Assembly (NCBI GenBank): GCA_964035545.1
Contig: OZ037768.1
Location: forward strand, 9,084,741-9,148,740
Origin: Bugula neritina
Taxonomy: Eukaryota; Animalia; Bryozoa
DNA: 64,000 nt
Direction: 5' to 3'
Shown: piece after piece, positions 37,081 through 51,400 of the stretch
Layout: every line of letters starts with the position of its first letter
How positions within the stretch are numbered: the stretch's first letter is position 1
Position numbers and translations under genes: made by a program
The notes under the pieces: model-generated
The model's database searches: none
What the model saw: only the letters and a program-made list of their open reading frames with translations
Told to the model about the DNA's origin: nothing

Positions 37081-38102
37081 ATTGGTTGTATCACAGCTTT
37101 TAGCTGGTGTAACCTACCATCAGCTTAGTTCTACTAGGCTGTGATGGATCGAACTTTCCTCAAGATGTGAGCTGATCCTAGTAAGGCTGTCTGCCGAATC
37201 AGTGTGTATATTTTGTTTTCAGCTACTCCAAGTAGTGCCATCCAGTCTACAGTCTTGTGTGAAGCTCCAAGAGCTCCAATTACAATGGGGATGACTTTTG
37301 TTGATGTTTTCCAAAGGCGGGTTAACTCTAGTGCTAAATCCTGATATTTTCCTATCTTCTCTCATTCTTTTTCTTTTACTCTGTAGTCACCAGGAACTGC
37401 GATATCAGTGATCGTTGTTTCGGCATTACGCTTGTCAACTACTACTATATCAGGCTTCCTAGCTTCGATGACTGTCGGTGTGTATGTTAAAGTCCCACAA
37501 GATTTTTACATTGTCATTCTCCAGTACTGATTCTGCTCGGTGGTCGTACCAATTTTTGCTTCTCTGAAATCCATGAAGTTCACACAACTTCCAGTGAATT
37601 ATCGACGCCACATGGTCGTGTCTTTTTTTATATTCTTGTGCTAACTTCTCACATTCACTCAGTATATGCATCACAGTTTCATCCTTTGCATTACACATCT
37701 GACACTTCTTGCTACCTTGTTCTTTCATTATAACTACTTTATAATTTCTAGTAGGGAGTACTTGATCTTGCACAGCTAACAACAGTCCTTCTGTTTCCTT
37801 TTTCAGCCAACCAGATTTCAACCAGTTCCAGGAGTACGTTTTCATGTCCTCCACCTTTTTGGTGTACTGACCATGTAGAGCCTTTTCTTTCTACCGAGTA
37901 ATCGTTCTTGAGTTTTACCGCTGTTTTGTCCTTTGGGAAGGTATTCAGTGTGGTGTCTCCATCAGTGCATGTCCTCTTTATGTAACCTGACATGATGCAT
38001 TCTTCAATCCTTGCACATTCTCCAATTGACGCCATTCCTCTGCCGCCTTCCCTTCTGCTAACATACAGCCTGTCTACATCTGCTCTTGGATAGAGTGCAC
38101 GA
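37081..38102 (-). mobile_element. Decayed 5'-truncated R4/Dong-type non-LTR retrotransposon (RLE clade)
   Basis: WLK...ETEGLLLAVQDQVLPTRNY, CCHC finger CQMC..ETVMHILSEC, YKKRHDHVA, ILWDFNIHTD, then after a frameshift RKPDIVVVDK..DIAVP..KYQDL. Contains frameshifts and stops. Confidence 0.85.
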
Positions 38103-39965
38103 TTTATTATTATTGTTGTTATTAATTATTAAATTATATGTATTTTAGCTGGTAAATGCATGTAGTTGTTTACTAAATGCTGGAAACTTTCTATCTAGCT
38201 TTGCTTTGCAAGTGTTACCTTTTATGTACAATTCGAAAATTAATTTAAACTGCCGGAACAAACTCAAGACTATAACTTACAGAATTCTTTGTCCTTGACT
38301 CATTTTTCTTTACTTTATTTGACATACAAAGGTTAAACCAGTTCTAATTTTAATTGCATGCAGTCAATATAAAACAATACTGCATATTATAATAGTTGCT
38401 CTTTTGTTTTTTAACATGGTTAGCCAATAAAAGTTAATAATAAAGCTTTTCTTGTATTTTACTGTTTGCTAGGCTTGTACCAATGCATAAATTAAACAAT
38501 GTATTTATCAAACTAATCAGTCATGCTTTGCCCACACGTCAAATGTGAAGTTTGATTAGGTTTTAAAATGTGTAACCTTCTAGCAAACAAATTAATTACG
38601 GAAACTTTTTTATAACCAACTGATGATAAAGGATTGCTTAAAGATGAGCTTTGGGCACACTTATTATTCTTATCTTATCATGTTAATTCCTGCCACACGT
38701 GTGGCACTATGTATTCATTTTATACACGCTATCTGCATAAGGAGGCCATAGCAAGATAAAAAGATTTGCTTACTGTCTATTTTCAAATAAATTGGTAGCA
38801 TTATACCTGATGATGCAGTGATAAAGTTAATATTGAAATGTAGCCATATGTCATATATAATATGCTGTAGCAGATGATATACGTACATCCATGTTGGAAA
38901 GGTGCACAAATATAGGTGAGGCAAGGAGCCGCAGAAATGTTCAAATCATGTATAAAATAAAATAAGGAACTATCAAAAGAGTGCATTAACATTTCTATAG
39001 CTGCTGTTTTGATCTGTTTAAAACTTTCTTACCGTGTACACAGCGTAACATAAAATGAAGTAAGATTCTATTTCTGCCAGATTCAATTTTAAACTGCAGC
39101 TCATCTTCAATAAATAGATTAGCTGCTCATGGCAGGTTTTTGTGTGATACTTTTGTATACAAGTCTTAAAAATTATAGCATTAAAAATACAGTTTATAAA
39201 ATATTTATTTTTAAAACAAATTGAAACCGGATGGCAACGCATTAAAAATAATCATGCCACTTAGCCTTATCTGCTCAGCTTATTTACTTGTAGGGTTGAG
39301 TAGAGTTCCATTATCATAATCAAAACACACACTGGTTGCAACATATATCTTCTAGCTGTATGCTACAAACTATATTATACAAATTATTGTAGCAAAACTT
39401 TATAAATTATCTCCTAATATCTCAATTAATTTTATCAAACGCTTGCTTCAAACAAATCCTGCCAGTCACTAATAAATAACTTAATTGTACCCTGTACGTT
39501 TTGCTTTTAGTCATAAATGCATGATTAACTTGTAATTTAGAAAGTTAATAATTTCCAATTATAGCGAGCCTTGATATATATCAAAAGTTGATACTTTATA
39601 GCTATAAAAAAGTATTGATACATATATTAATGTATAGCCAATCAACATAACAAATTTGGGCAAAAACCTAAGTAAACACTCCTTGAGTAATTTTGCTATA
39701 ATAGCTCACAGTGAATATTCATATTGCTGATGTGTAAACTACGTTTCTGGCTAAATATGTTAATGTAGTAAATGGAAGCATTGTCATTAATATTTTAAAT
39801 AAATTTACAATTTGCAATCAAAATATTTTTTGACTGTTGAAGTATTGAAGAACTTAATAATAGGCAATAGCTCAATAAACTAAACTGATATTAGCATGAT
39901 TTTGATGGTTATGCTCAAGCAATGATAAACTGCCTAAAATATGAAATGAACTATGTGCTAGATTG

Positions 39966-40306
39966 CAGGGGTGTCCCACCTTTTCAGACCAGAATATTCC
40001 GGTGGCAAGGGTCACACTGTAAACTTTAGTTTGAGCTAAGTGGGGGGGGGGAGGGGGCACAGCATCAGTGTTTTTCAAATTACTTTATTCCAAAATTTTA
40101 TGAATCGTTACACAATTAAGTCCCAATTTAGTTATTGCAGGCTGCATGTTTTGCAGCATGTGTAGAAATAAGACATTTAAAAGGTGGTTTTTCACTTTAC
40201 GTCATGTATACTGTGAAGGCTAATTTTAGCTTTCTGCCTTCGAGGGCCACATAAATGTAGGCTAGGAGCCAGATCTGGCCCTGGGGCTGCCTGTTGGACA
40301 GCCCTG
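39966..40306. mobile_element. hAT-type MITE
   Basis: Ends CAGGGGTGTCC...GGACAGCCCTG, internal GGGCCAC and GGAGCCAGATCTGGCCC motifs, and flanks TGCTAGA(TT)G / TGCTAGAG consistent with an 8-bp TSD. Confidence 0.65.
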
Positions 40307-41348
40307 TGCTAGAGTTTCCACTAAATTTACTAGTAAATTGTCATTTTGGCTGAGATTAATAAGTATTTAATCTTGCGATATGGTCGCATAGAATGCTTTT
40401 TAAGATTCTAGTAGATCATGTAATTATGTTGGCAAGGCAATAACACTACTGAGTGATTTTTTGGGCTAAACATATTTTCATAGTCTTCACAAAACAGCCT
40501 ATGGAGAGTAGAGTTAATTATTGTAAGTGTAGATATTCAGCATAAACTCTTTGACCTGACTGAGCACATAAAAAGAGAAACCAGGATAAAAGAGCATGCC
40601 TTTGGCGGTTAATTTAAACAATTCCTGCCATAACAAAGAAGCAGCCTATTCTCTGATTAATTTATTGATTTGCTTGTCTAAACAAATGTTTATTAGTAAC
40701 ATAACAGTAACCAAGACAATAAATAGTAAATACAGTTCTTCTAGATCACAAGGTGTGTGAAAATTGCAACAACAAAGCTTCTTTCATAAAGGAATATCTT
40801 GTTATCCCATTCAACTTAACAGAGGTTGCATCAATAATAGCTATAATTAGCACCATTATCTTTAGAAATTCAAAATTTTCGATGAATGACTTTGGCAAAA
40901 TATGTAAACAAAAACATTAAATTATTCTCACTAAGCTTTCTTCTTTTTGTTTTGGGTGTTGTTTTCTTTTTCTACCAAAGAGTAACAATTAGCTTGTTTA
41001 TATTAGTGAAAGATACGGTAGTCTACTGGTTTGGCCGGATTATTGTAGCTCAAATTGTAGTTTTAGCAAATTTACAAGGAAAATAAATTTTGAATATCTA
41101 AATGAAGTTTGAAAAATAAATACTTTAAAATTTCACCTTGTGCCTAAGACTTGGCCTTTATAAGAAAATTATGGAAAGCCGTGTTTAAAATAAAAAAATG
41201 CTTACCAAAGGCCAAATTAGGAAAAAGGATTCAATATATGATGTGTGGCCCATGAAGTTAAACTTCTAAATATACATGTAAATATCTTTTACAATTAGAT
41301 ATAATATATTATTTAATTTTGTTGAGGGAGAGGAGATGATTTGAGAGT

Positions 41349-43199
41349 TTAGTAAAAAGTGTCAACTGGCTGGTCAGGGTAGGACGTGGAGTCGGCATTG
41401 CTGAGAAATGTCATGTCTTCTACTGAGGGTAGTTGAGGGATCCACAGCCTTGTAGTAATTCTGTTAGAATTGCGGTTTTTTCTTGTAACATCTTTGCTCC
41501 GCCTACACCATGACAAGGCATGTTGCTGCAGGTTTTCTGTAAGATCATATCAAATTGTATAAAATATACAAAGCAAGCTAGAAGTTTAAAACTATAACAT
41601 ATTTTTGCTGTTTTATTTATTGCTTATGCCATCATGGATTATTATGCCCAGGATGAAAAATGTATTTGAATTCTCTCAGCTTACATACTCTGTTATAAAT
41701 TAATGCTTTTATGCTGTCTATAAGGCTGTGAAATTAATTTTAAAGTTTATTAACAATCAAACTAAAATAAGTGACTGTTACTAAATATTTAGTGATCTCT
41801 AGCTGGGTAAAGCATACTGCTAGTATTACGTGTGTTTTTGGCTTACCTCGTTTGCATTTTAGTACAACTTTTTTTGGTGCTTCACTGTGTTTCTTCTTCC
41901 TATAATATAGAGTGTCTTCATATTGTTGTAGAGTTTCAGTCATGTTACCAATGTACATAATGGCATATTTAAGCGTATCAACTTTAGACAGCTTGCTCCT
42001 CTCACTTATAGGGAGGGGTATGTATTGTCTCAAGTCATCAAATGCATCATTAATTGACTTCATTCGCTTTCTCTCTCTTTGGTTGGCTGCTGTTCGGTGT
42101 GGCTTTTTCTTGCCATCTGATGTGATTGCTCCAGAGGGATCAAACTCTTCATACAGTGAAGTAGAGTAGTTTAGGCCTAATTCTTCGCTCCAAACAGGTG
42201 AGCCCTCCTCAACTGGTGAGCTGGCTGTATCTGAATCCCCTTCGGAGTAGTTGATGTATCGGTACTGGGGCCTCAGTCTATAATCTGAAGCACCTTGCGT
42301 TGCCTCATCTATATAAACAATAATTACAATTTGTAGTCCCTAAAATAATTAACTTTTTAAATAGTTTCAATTATTTGAAAAGAATTGTAATATTATAATA
42401 TTTTCTGCTTAGTAATGACTGTGTAGACAGTAAATTTTCTTTCACGTTCAGCTGCAGTTCTTATGCCTAAAGCCTGTTTTAATAAATATTGTGAAATTTA
42501 TATCAATTCTTTAATGTGTACGCAATGTAGTAATATAATAAACGATTTGTATTATCTATATATTAAATTTACAATATTCAAATGTATATAAGTATTTATT
42601 TTCATTTGTTAACACTTAAAATTAGCTAAAATAAACAAAGCTGTTACAGCTATAGTTTCATAAAATAGTCGAACAAAAGGAAGAAAATCAGTGAATGCTA
42701 AACAAAGCAAAGTGAACTTATATATATCAAATATATTTTTTGGTGAAAACTATATACTTTTTAATTTTCCATGCTAACCTATAGAATGTAATGCCCCACA
42801 GTTTTACCCTAAAATTTGAAAGGAAAAGAATTTTCCTGCAACAATTTAAAATAATAATATGGGTTTTAAAAACCTATATGTGATAAGCTCATTTTAAGTT
42901 TATCGAATTGCATATACTTTCACATAATTTCATTAAAAATCTAGAAAATATATTATAAGCCCCATGCATACCTCAGATAAAAGCATCATAATATTTAGCA
43001 ATATATGATCTAACCATGAAATCTTATACTAAAGAGGTGAGCATCATATAATATTACTAGCACCAGACTATTGTTCCATGATCACTTCTATTAATAATCT
43101 CAACTTACCTTGAACCCAGCAGTTTAGAAATTCTAGCTCTGCATCCCAACTTTGAGGATATGAACTGTGAAACGCGAAGTTGTTCACTTCCATCTGCAT
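41349..43199 (-). CDS. PTF1A: Ptf1a/Fer1-like bHLH transcription factor
   Basis: Exons 43199-43109, 42308-41847 and 41536-41349 join in frame. RTAANQRERKRMKSINDAFDDLR...LSKVDTLKYAIMYI, then PKKVVL, HALSW and LWIP, corresponding to the Ptf1a HSLSW and VWTP motifs. Confidence 0.85.
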
Positions 43200-45238
43200 G
43201 ATTTAAGGAGAATGGTGTAAATGATGCAACACTACCTCACGGCTGCTGTTACTATGACTTGAAAGCATCATTTATGTATAACTAAATTTAGCCACGCGAC
43301 ACTTTTAATGTAAACATGGCTACTCCAATGAAGAGTATACATCTTTTGTTATCATTTTTGGTAAAGGGCACACTTTTCCATTGTTATCATCCATTAGCAA
43401 ATAAAGCATTCATGCCACATGTGCTTGCTAACATATATTGAAAATTATTTAGTCAACCTGCATTAGCTAAATTTTTTTTAAATTTTTTTTAACTTTCTAC
43501 AAAGTTTCTTTCAATACATTATGCTAGTACTTGTTGACAAAATATATTTATTGTGGCTTCCATCCAGTTTCAAGGATTGCGTAGGCGGGACACTCAAAGG
43601 TGATAGATGATTCTTTATGATATAACCCTGGTCACTAGAGACCATAACAGTAATTAGTCTTTTCACCAAAGTCAATATTTAGCCATTAGCCATATCACTG
43701 GACATAGATTATCCTAACCTAAGCTTTACTATATCTATAAATTTAATGATAATGCTATTATAATACATTGTGTATGTCACCAGTGTAGACTTATTGCAAT
43801 ACTTATAGCAATTGGTAGCAATATCTCAAAGTGTTAGCTTGTTATAATGTTAAAAGGTCACTAAATTTGTAAAATTACTTTTCAGTTGTTAATGCAATGT
43901 GTGCATGTGGACTTGGTTAGCCATCAAAGCTTTCACCCTCACTAAATGAACTCAAGTATGCATGAGTGTTTAGAGATTCTTGTTATGCTGCATATGTGTT
44001 ACCAACATTTGCAAAATATTATAAAAGCTGCATTAAAAAGACCTGTTACTTTTAACTTTTAAAAAGCATGTTCATTTTTTTTATATAACATCAGAAACAG
44101 ATCATATTGCTATCAGTACTGGCCATGCTAGCAGTGCCAGTTTTACAATGAGCACCATTACTAGTAGTGTAGTACTGGTGCCATTACGTGTGGTCCAGCA
44201 TTGCATAGTGCTAGAATACCGTTCTATTGCTGGTGTTAAATATTTAATATAGAGTGTTTGAATCAATATTCAGTTAGTGTAATAACCTCCGAGCGATTCA
44301 CCCTATAACGTCTTACTAATAAACTATATATTATCCTTAAGAATTGTGAGTTATTGACCAGGGCTAATAATTGCTATGTCTGATTTCTGTTTGAATTTCC
44401 TATATTATCTTTGGATTCTATCAATTTATTTTTATGTATCTTGTAACATATTGAGAATCTAATTTGTGAACTTATATATAGATGTCAAGCAACTCTCGAA
44501 ATAGCAATTTGCATAAGACCAATAGAAATAATTTGCTATAGATTTTTGTATTGATTTTACAACGCACTTGATTAGTATACAAGCAATGTATTTATGTTAC
44601 TTGTATCATTGGAGCCATTTGACTGTGACTGAAGACGATAAGCACACTGAAAATGGGCTCTCATATTTCAGCACCACAAGTTGGTAAATTCTTTTGCAGT
44701 TCTGATGAGATGGAGGACTGGGTCCCATCATCTGAGTGCTTAAGACATCGGCAAACTACGAGGTGAGCCTTCTTTCTGGTCCTAAGTGCAACAGAGTACG
44801 AAAGCATATATTTGCTAGTATAGAAAGTTTCCATGTTCTTAATAGTAATGCTTGTTTATTAATCTCATTCTATAAAGCTACAGTTATGCATAATTCAGGT
44901 GCAGATCAGCAGTAGTTTTTGCTATTGATAGGAGCCAAAATATCTGAAATCAAACTTTTAATCCAGATACACAAAAACATCAAATTTAGTTTAATATAAG
45001 CGGCCCTTATGTGAAAATACAACAAACATCCCTGTTATTTTGATATATATTTATATATGTTTGTAATGATGAGGCTATGAGAGCAAATTATAGACCTATG
45101 AGAGCATTTTGTGAGCATATGAGGAAGAATAATGACTAGATACTTCATTATGAGCATATGAGATACAATAATGAGTGAATTGTTGATCATTTGGCACTCC
45201 ATAAATTTCAGCTACAGACATCTTGCATGTGAAATATC

Positions 45239-45300
45239 TGTTATGGTGGGTTTGATAACATGGAGGTGCACTTCTATATGTTATCAAACTCACCATAACA
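45239..45300. repeat. Imperfect 62-bp palindrome/hairpin
   Basis: TGTTATGGTGGGTTTGATAACAT ... ATGTTATCAAACTCACCATAACA (22/23 complementary), centred on GTGCAC. Confidence 0.85.
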
Positions 45301-45768
45301 TAGCACAGCTGCTAACATATTTATAGCCATCTCAATGAAGGTGTTCAAAGTTTAGGTGCATGTTGGAAACCAAATTGCTTTTCATCCGTCACATTCATAA
45401 ATGTCATTCATGGTTCCAAAACTAGTTTCTTCATTCTTCAATTTTCTCTGCTATTAAATAAAGATGTAGAAGTCACCCAATAGATTAGCATCAGTAGCTT
45501 TGGTAAAGTCTGGAGAACATTTGCCATATGTGTACTCCTTTACTATCAGTCCTGTGCTGTGTTAGTGAAAAGGCCAACATTCTGCCCAAGGTTTTGAATA
45601 TTATACTTTATCACAAGAATTAAAATATGAAATACAAATCACTTTTTTTTACAAAACTAAAATTTGCAATTAAAAACCTTTATTTATGTAACTAAAACTT
45701 TGCCTGTTTCCAATTAATTTATTATATTTCTTTCTTTTTGTAATGGTTGCTCTTATTATGTCGCTATA

Positions 45769-47094
45769 ATGATGTTTAACAGGTTAGATGACACTTGTAT
45801 GGTGAAGTTTACAGCCAACAATACTTTCAATATCAATTACCAACCAACGTTTCAAACACTGTTTCATGACTACGAAACAATGCTATATGACAGCTTCGCT
45901 TATGATTGTCAAGGAAGACAACTACCACTTGGACTTTACGCTTTACTCTCTAAGAGTTGTAACACCCTGAAGTCACTCAGTCTTTCACACCTTCCAGAAG
46001 GCTGCAGGATATGTATATATGACTTATTCCGTAAGTTTGATTTCAAGCAGTATAGTGTTCTAGAGGAATTAGAGCTCAGTAGAAAATACACGGATGAATG
46101 TTACATTCAACTGGCTAGCACAGTTAGCTTGCCTGTCAATGTCAAAATGCTCACTTTATACGGCATTGGATTAGCGTCAGTCCCACAAGCCCTTACAACA
46201 TTTCACACTCTAACTCATCTTAACATAGGAAACAATGTGATCACTAGTATTGACAACCTGACAAGTGGGAATATTCAACAAAGTCTAACCGTTCTGGATG
46301 TTTCAAACAATTCTCTGGCATTTATTCCTCAAACAATAGGGCAGCTCACATCCTTGATAGTGCTCGATCTTAGCCACAACTGCATCAAGAACTCATTACC
46401 AGAAAGTTTGGCTACCATAAGTCATCTATCAGAACTTTCTCTTGCTTGGAATAGAATAGATGGGGTGTCTGTCGGCTCGCTGATGTCATTACAACAACTC
46501 CATTCTATCGACCTCTCATATAACAAACTGAAAACTATTTCACAACAGCTATTTTTCCATCCTAGTTTAAAATTCCTTAATTTGTCTGGAAATTTAGGCT
46601 TAGAAATATTGACTGATTCACCAGAGTCTCAACTAGCTGAAGATGCAGATCAATCAGCTTCCCTCGAATCTTCTTTACGAGAACTTGATGTTTCCTCTAT
46701 TGCCATGTCTCTGCTGCCATCTTTTTTTCAGAAGCTCCACCATCTTTGTATACTGAGATGCAATGATAACTCTTTAACAAATATTGATGTAATATTTGAT
46801 CTGCGGCAATTAGAAACAGCAAGCTTTGCTTATAACAACATTACAGAATATTCACAAATATATTCTAAAATATGTGAGTCACCAGAAAGTAAGTTGAAAT
46901 CCTTAGATCTCTCATATAATAACACTGGAGAGATCAAAAATGTACACGATGACGAAGTGTTCTATATCAAGGACACTTTAGTGTTACAGCACTGCAAGAA
47001 AGGCGTTCACTGTCAACCCAAACTTTTACTTGGAAGCCTCGAACGTACAGCTGCTCGACCTAAGAGATCCCATTGGCTATGCTGTAGACATTAA
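45769..47094 (+). CDS. Leucine-rich repeat protein (large terminal exon, upstream exons unresolved)
   Basis: About 11 LxxLxLxxNxL repeats (LTHLNIGNNVI, LTVLDVSNNSL, LIVLDLSHNCI, LHSIDLSYNKL). Acceptor TTTAACAG near 45782. Confidence 0.85.
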   Translation: MMFNRLDDTCMVKFTANNTFNINYQPTFQTLFHDYETMLYDSFAYDCQGRQLPLGLYALLSKSCNTLKSLSLSHLPEGCRICIYDLFRKFDFKQYSVLEELELSRKYTDECYIQLASTVSLPVNVKMLTLYGIGLASVPQALTTFHTLTHLNIGNNVITSIDNLTSGNIQQSLTVLDVSNNSLAFIPQTIGQLTSLIVLDLSHNCIKNSLPESLATISHLSELSLAWNRIDGVSVGSLMSLQQLHSIDLSYNKLKTISQQLFFHPSLKFLNLSGNLGLEILTDSPESQLAEDADQSASLESSLRELDVSSIAMSLLPSFFQKLHHLCILRCNDNSLTNIDVIFDLRQLETASFAYNNITEYSQIYSKICESPESKLKSLDLSYNNTGEIKNVHDDEVFYIKDTLVLQHCKKGVHCQPKLLLGSLERTAARPKRSHWLCCRH

Positions 47095-48427
47095 ATATCC
47101 AATCTTAGAAACTGTTTGAATTTATCCACTCTTGAATATAATATAATGTATTATTTTTGGTTATGTTTTTTACGTTTGACCTGTCTGTCTGTTAGGCACA
47201 AATAAAATCTAAATTGAAATAATCAAAATTTACATTTTTTGGTACCTTTATTCAGCGAAACCATGCACTACTGACTACTATATTAATAGTTATCAAAACC
47301 TAGCTTTCATCAGAGCATTCATTCATAAATAAAGCTTATGATTACCATGGTAAAAGTATGGTAGACAACTCCATAAAGGATTAAAGTTAGTGTTACATAT
47401 CATTATCCAGTGTTTAAAATTCAGACTTTGATTTCAAACTACATCTGTGCGTGACTTTTTCCTTATAAATATTTTTTGTTTTTATGGTCAAGTTTGCAAT
47501 GGGATACTTAATAAAGCAGGTTTTTGATTTCTAAGCAACACTATATCATATAGTGTTGCTATTTAAGTACAGCATATTAAGTGCAATATTAATTCCAAAA
47601 ACGTAAGGAAAACAGAAAAATATTTTTAAATTTCTCATCTTTTGCTATTTGAAGATAATTTACCAATCAGTTTGCTGACTTTAAGTTTGTTTTTAGATTA
47701 AAGCAATTAAAGCATTGTGTAACACAGTCTATGCAAAACATAATATATACTTATCAAATGTGTGTTACATACATGTATAGATTAAATTAGATGTATACAA
47801 GTTGATTATGATAGTGAAAAATAAACCAACAGTTTTGTGTTGAACACTTTATTGTTAAAGAAGTTTGAGCCAATATAGTTAGTTTTAAGCTGACCAAAAT
47901 GTACACGTAATAAAATATAGTATATAAATCTCTTGCCTGCACAAACCAACAAAGTATTGAAACGTTAAACTATTAAATTTAAAGTACTTGTTCTTAGCAA
48001 AACATTTAATAACAGATCAATTACTTAAATAATTATTTGACTAGAAAATATTATGGTTTATCAAATGCAATAAGTTATTTTGTAGAAATTGCAACACATT
48101 AATTTACAATAAATATTGTAAAACAGTATATATATAATATATATAATATAGCTATATAATACAGCAGGTAAATCATTATAACTATGATTTATATTGCCAT
48201 AAGTCGGTTATTTCATATAGTAAACTCTTTTGAAGTTTAATGTCTTTGGCAACAGTTATAAATTTTCAAAGATAAATGAATTGGATTCTAAAAAATCAAC
48301 TGCTAAAATATTCACCAAATATTAAACTACTTAAATGGCACAAACCACTAGATATACAGGCATGCTACGAAACATTTCTATCCAATTTGAAGTCAAAGTG
48401 TTCATGTCTCGTCACATTCAAACCACA

Positions 48428-51400
48428 CTATGAAGCAAAATTTATTTCAATACACGGTATCAAGTTAACAGCCAATAGGACACTAATTGTTACAAAAGTT
48501 AAATACAGAATTATGTAGGTTATTCCCAGTGGCTTATTGAGTCTCCATTTGAAGATAGCAATTGTGCCAATGACAACTAGCAGCATACAGAATAGAAGAA
48601 TAATAGAGCACAACAGTCCAGCTGCATCCACTTTCACAAACGGAGCTGGTATGTTTATTAGACAGCCAATAAACCAGGGCAGCGGTAATCTGTAACAGCA
48701 AAATAGTCGAGTCAGCTAGGCTATCATGACTACAGTAAGTGAATTTACAACCAACAAGCATGGTAGATTGTCTACACTTGTCTTCTGTGCAATTAGCTTT
48801 AAATATTATAAGGTTTGTTTTCAAAAAGCAATAAAATTCTTCTTTGCTTTACTCTACAGTGATTAATAAGTTAATGTTGCTGGTACAAATATAATAAAAT
48901 ATTATATTTCCTTTGCATGGACAGCTGTGCAATAGGAAGTTGCCTAACCTTTGCATACCAATTACTAACCCTAAGCAATAAACATTAAAATTAATACTCA
49001 ATACATTTGCAATGTCTGTAATTAAAGTCCTTAGATAAACAAGTAACATAATTTAAATACAATTTAGCAACCAATGAAATAATATTAGTTTCATATCACG
49101 TGGTACAGTAGAGTGGGAATAGTCTTACCCTACTGTGATGTCAAAAATGTTGCTTCCGATTGAGCTGGAGATTGCCATGTCTCCAAATCCCTTCCTGGCT
49201 ACGATTACAGAGGTAAGCAAGTCAGGAACACTTGTACCTGCGGCCAGCACAGTCAGACCGATAATCTACAAATGAATTAGATTTATATGCATTCTTGACA
49301 CAATAGATGTATGTACTCTTATATACTCTTATAGTGCATGTGTAGCCTACTATATCTCTGAATATATGTTTATAAACCTGCAAAACATACCTCAACTGGA
49401 ATCCCGATAGCCACGCACAACACAGATGCCCACCAAACCATCATAACGGCAAAAAATGCAATCCATAAAATGCTGCCTATGAAAGTCAAGGGATAGAATT
49501 TTCTCCTCTCCTAAAACATGAGTGTTTAATCAATAGATTGCATTAGTTACTTAAATAAACAAGTGCCTATCAATTACCTTACACATAATTATAAACCCAT
49601 TAGTACTAGGTTCTCAATGATGTCTATCCTAGGAAGTAATAGCAATTATATCTGGGCTTGCTCTTCCTTCCATTAACGGGAGACAGTGTCCGACTTCACC
49701 AGGTGAAGGCTGAAGTACGGCAGAGAAATCTTAAGTTTTCCCTATTTTAATTAATTAAAGATTCTGGGCGAAGTCTAGTGTGGTTCACATGTCAATAGTT
49801 GATGAACAGTAAACTACAGCGGAATGGGTGTGACACATCACAGATTTCCTTTAATTACTATAATTTTCATTAACTTACTATAAATAACACAAATAAGTTA
49901 TTAGAATGTTGCAATAGGCAACCTGCATTAGAAGTCATCTACAGGTACTGAGTTTGTCCGCATGCATCAGCATAATATTAATTAGACTGCGTAATGTAAT
50001 TTCAAAAGGAAATCAGCTGATCATCAGCGCTGATGATGAAATAGCTCTCCATGACTTAATTAAACGTTATCAATACGAAAAGTCAATTATGGAAAATCAT
50101 TATGACTTCCTGAATAATAATCATTACCAGAAATTATAATACTGGTTATGAAACTTTTAATCCGTTTTCAACCATTCTTTTAAAATAAAAGCAATTACAG
50201 AAACACTAAACTAAAAATTAAATTTTGACTTTCTGGATTATACACGGTAACCTTCTAATTTAGGTATCTAAAAAAGTGCTTCAATATTCACTAAACATGC
50301 TCGTATAATAAAAACTTACTAACTCTAATGTTAGGATATTTATCATATTTATATAGTCAAGTAATGTAACTCAACAAGGCAGGTGGAGTAATGACTACAC
50401 ATACAGGTTTACGAGTGTCCGGCAGAGTGAAGTAGAGCGGGAATATGATAGGAGCCAACATAATGTACGAGAATCTCTTTCGATGGGTTTTTGGCCAACT
50501 GATGTCTAGAGGAGCGTTCTCGTCCTCCTCTTCCTCTCCATCACCGCCGGCAGCCGAGCCTCTTGACAAACCTCCCTAAAGCAAACATTGATTTATTTGA
50601 AAAATCTTTCACTCTCTGAGGTTATCATTTGTCAGCTACATAATGGAGGCTGATGATTGAATACAAGTCTACATACAATAACACTTTTGTGCATGCAGGT
50701 TGTCGTGAACTGACTATTCTAAAAGTTTCCATCAGAATATAGTATACTAATTTGTAGTTGGTGGATAAACCCACTAGTTTCTGCATTATCAACAAGAGCA
50801 GTTATTATAGTTTACTAATTTTTGTTATAGAGATATTGGTTATATCAAGCAAGCCAAACTGTCAGCAGGCAGCATGAAAGTGGCAGCATTATAGATTGAC
50901 ATAACATTTGGTGGTTTCACATTTGGGCCAAATATGCTGATTGTATTGCCCAGTTCCTTCTGTTTTTCAAGTTAGTCTGGATTGTCTAAGTAATCATATT
51001 TTACTGGTATTGCTAAACCTTACAAGGGTTTACAACTAGTTGCATGCTATTGTTTTAGACATTATTATCAATTATGTTTTCTGTCATTTAAAGTGAAGAT
51101 AAAATTTTACTTTTTCCATCAACATAGAACATGAGCATAAGAAATGCTTTAATTTCTTACTATTGTGCAATCATAAACCTATAGGAATGATAACCTGTAA
51201 AATGTAATCATGAAGTTGTTATACTTTAATGATGTTTTAGTATTATAGTTATTGTTTTTATCTCTATTAAGTTACAGAGTTGAGCATAGATCTATACAAA
51301 CTCCAGTCACTAAAAACCAATTAGTTGCTTAATTTACAATCCTGATAGAATAATGCATTCAGGAGTCATACATGTACATCCTATGTACAACTACTGTATT

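Noticed and set aside
44480-45520. Upstream coding exons of the LRR gene
   Set aside because: Splice-like sites exist, but I could not assemble a stop-free frame.
49640-49735. HDV-like ribozyme around CTTCACCAGGTGAAG-GCTGA
   Set aside because: P1/P2/P3 pairings could not be completed. It is more likely a SINE-like remnant, since the minus strand resembles the GGAAGAGCA..ATAATTGCT core.
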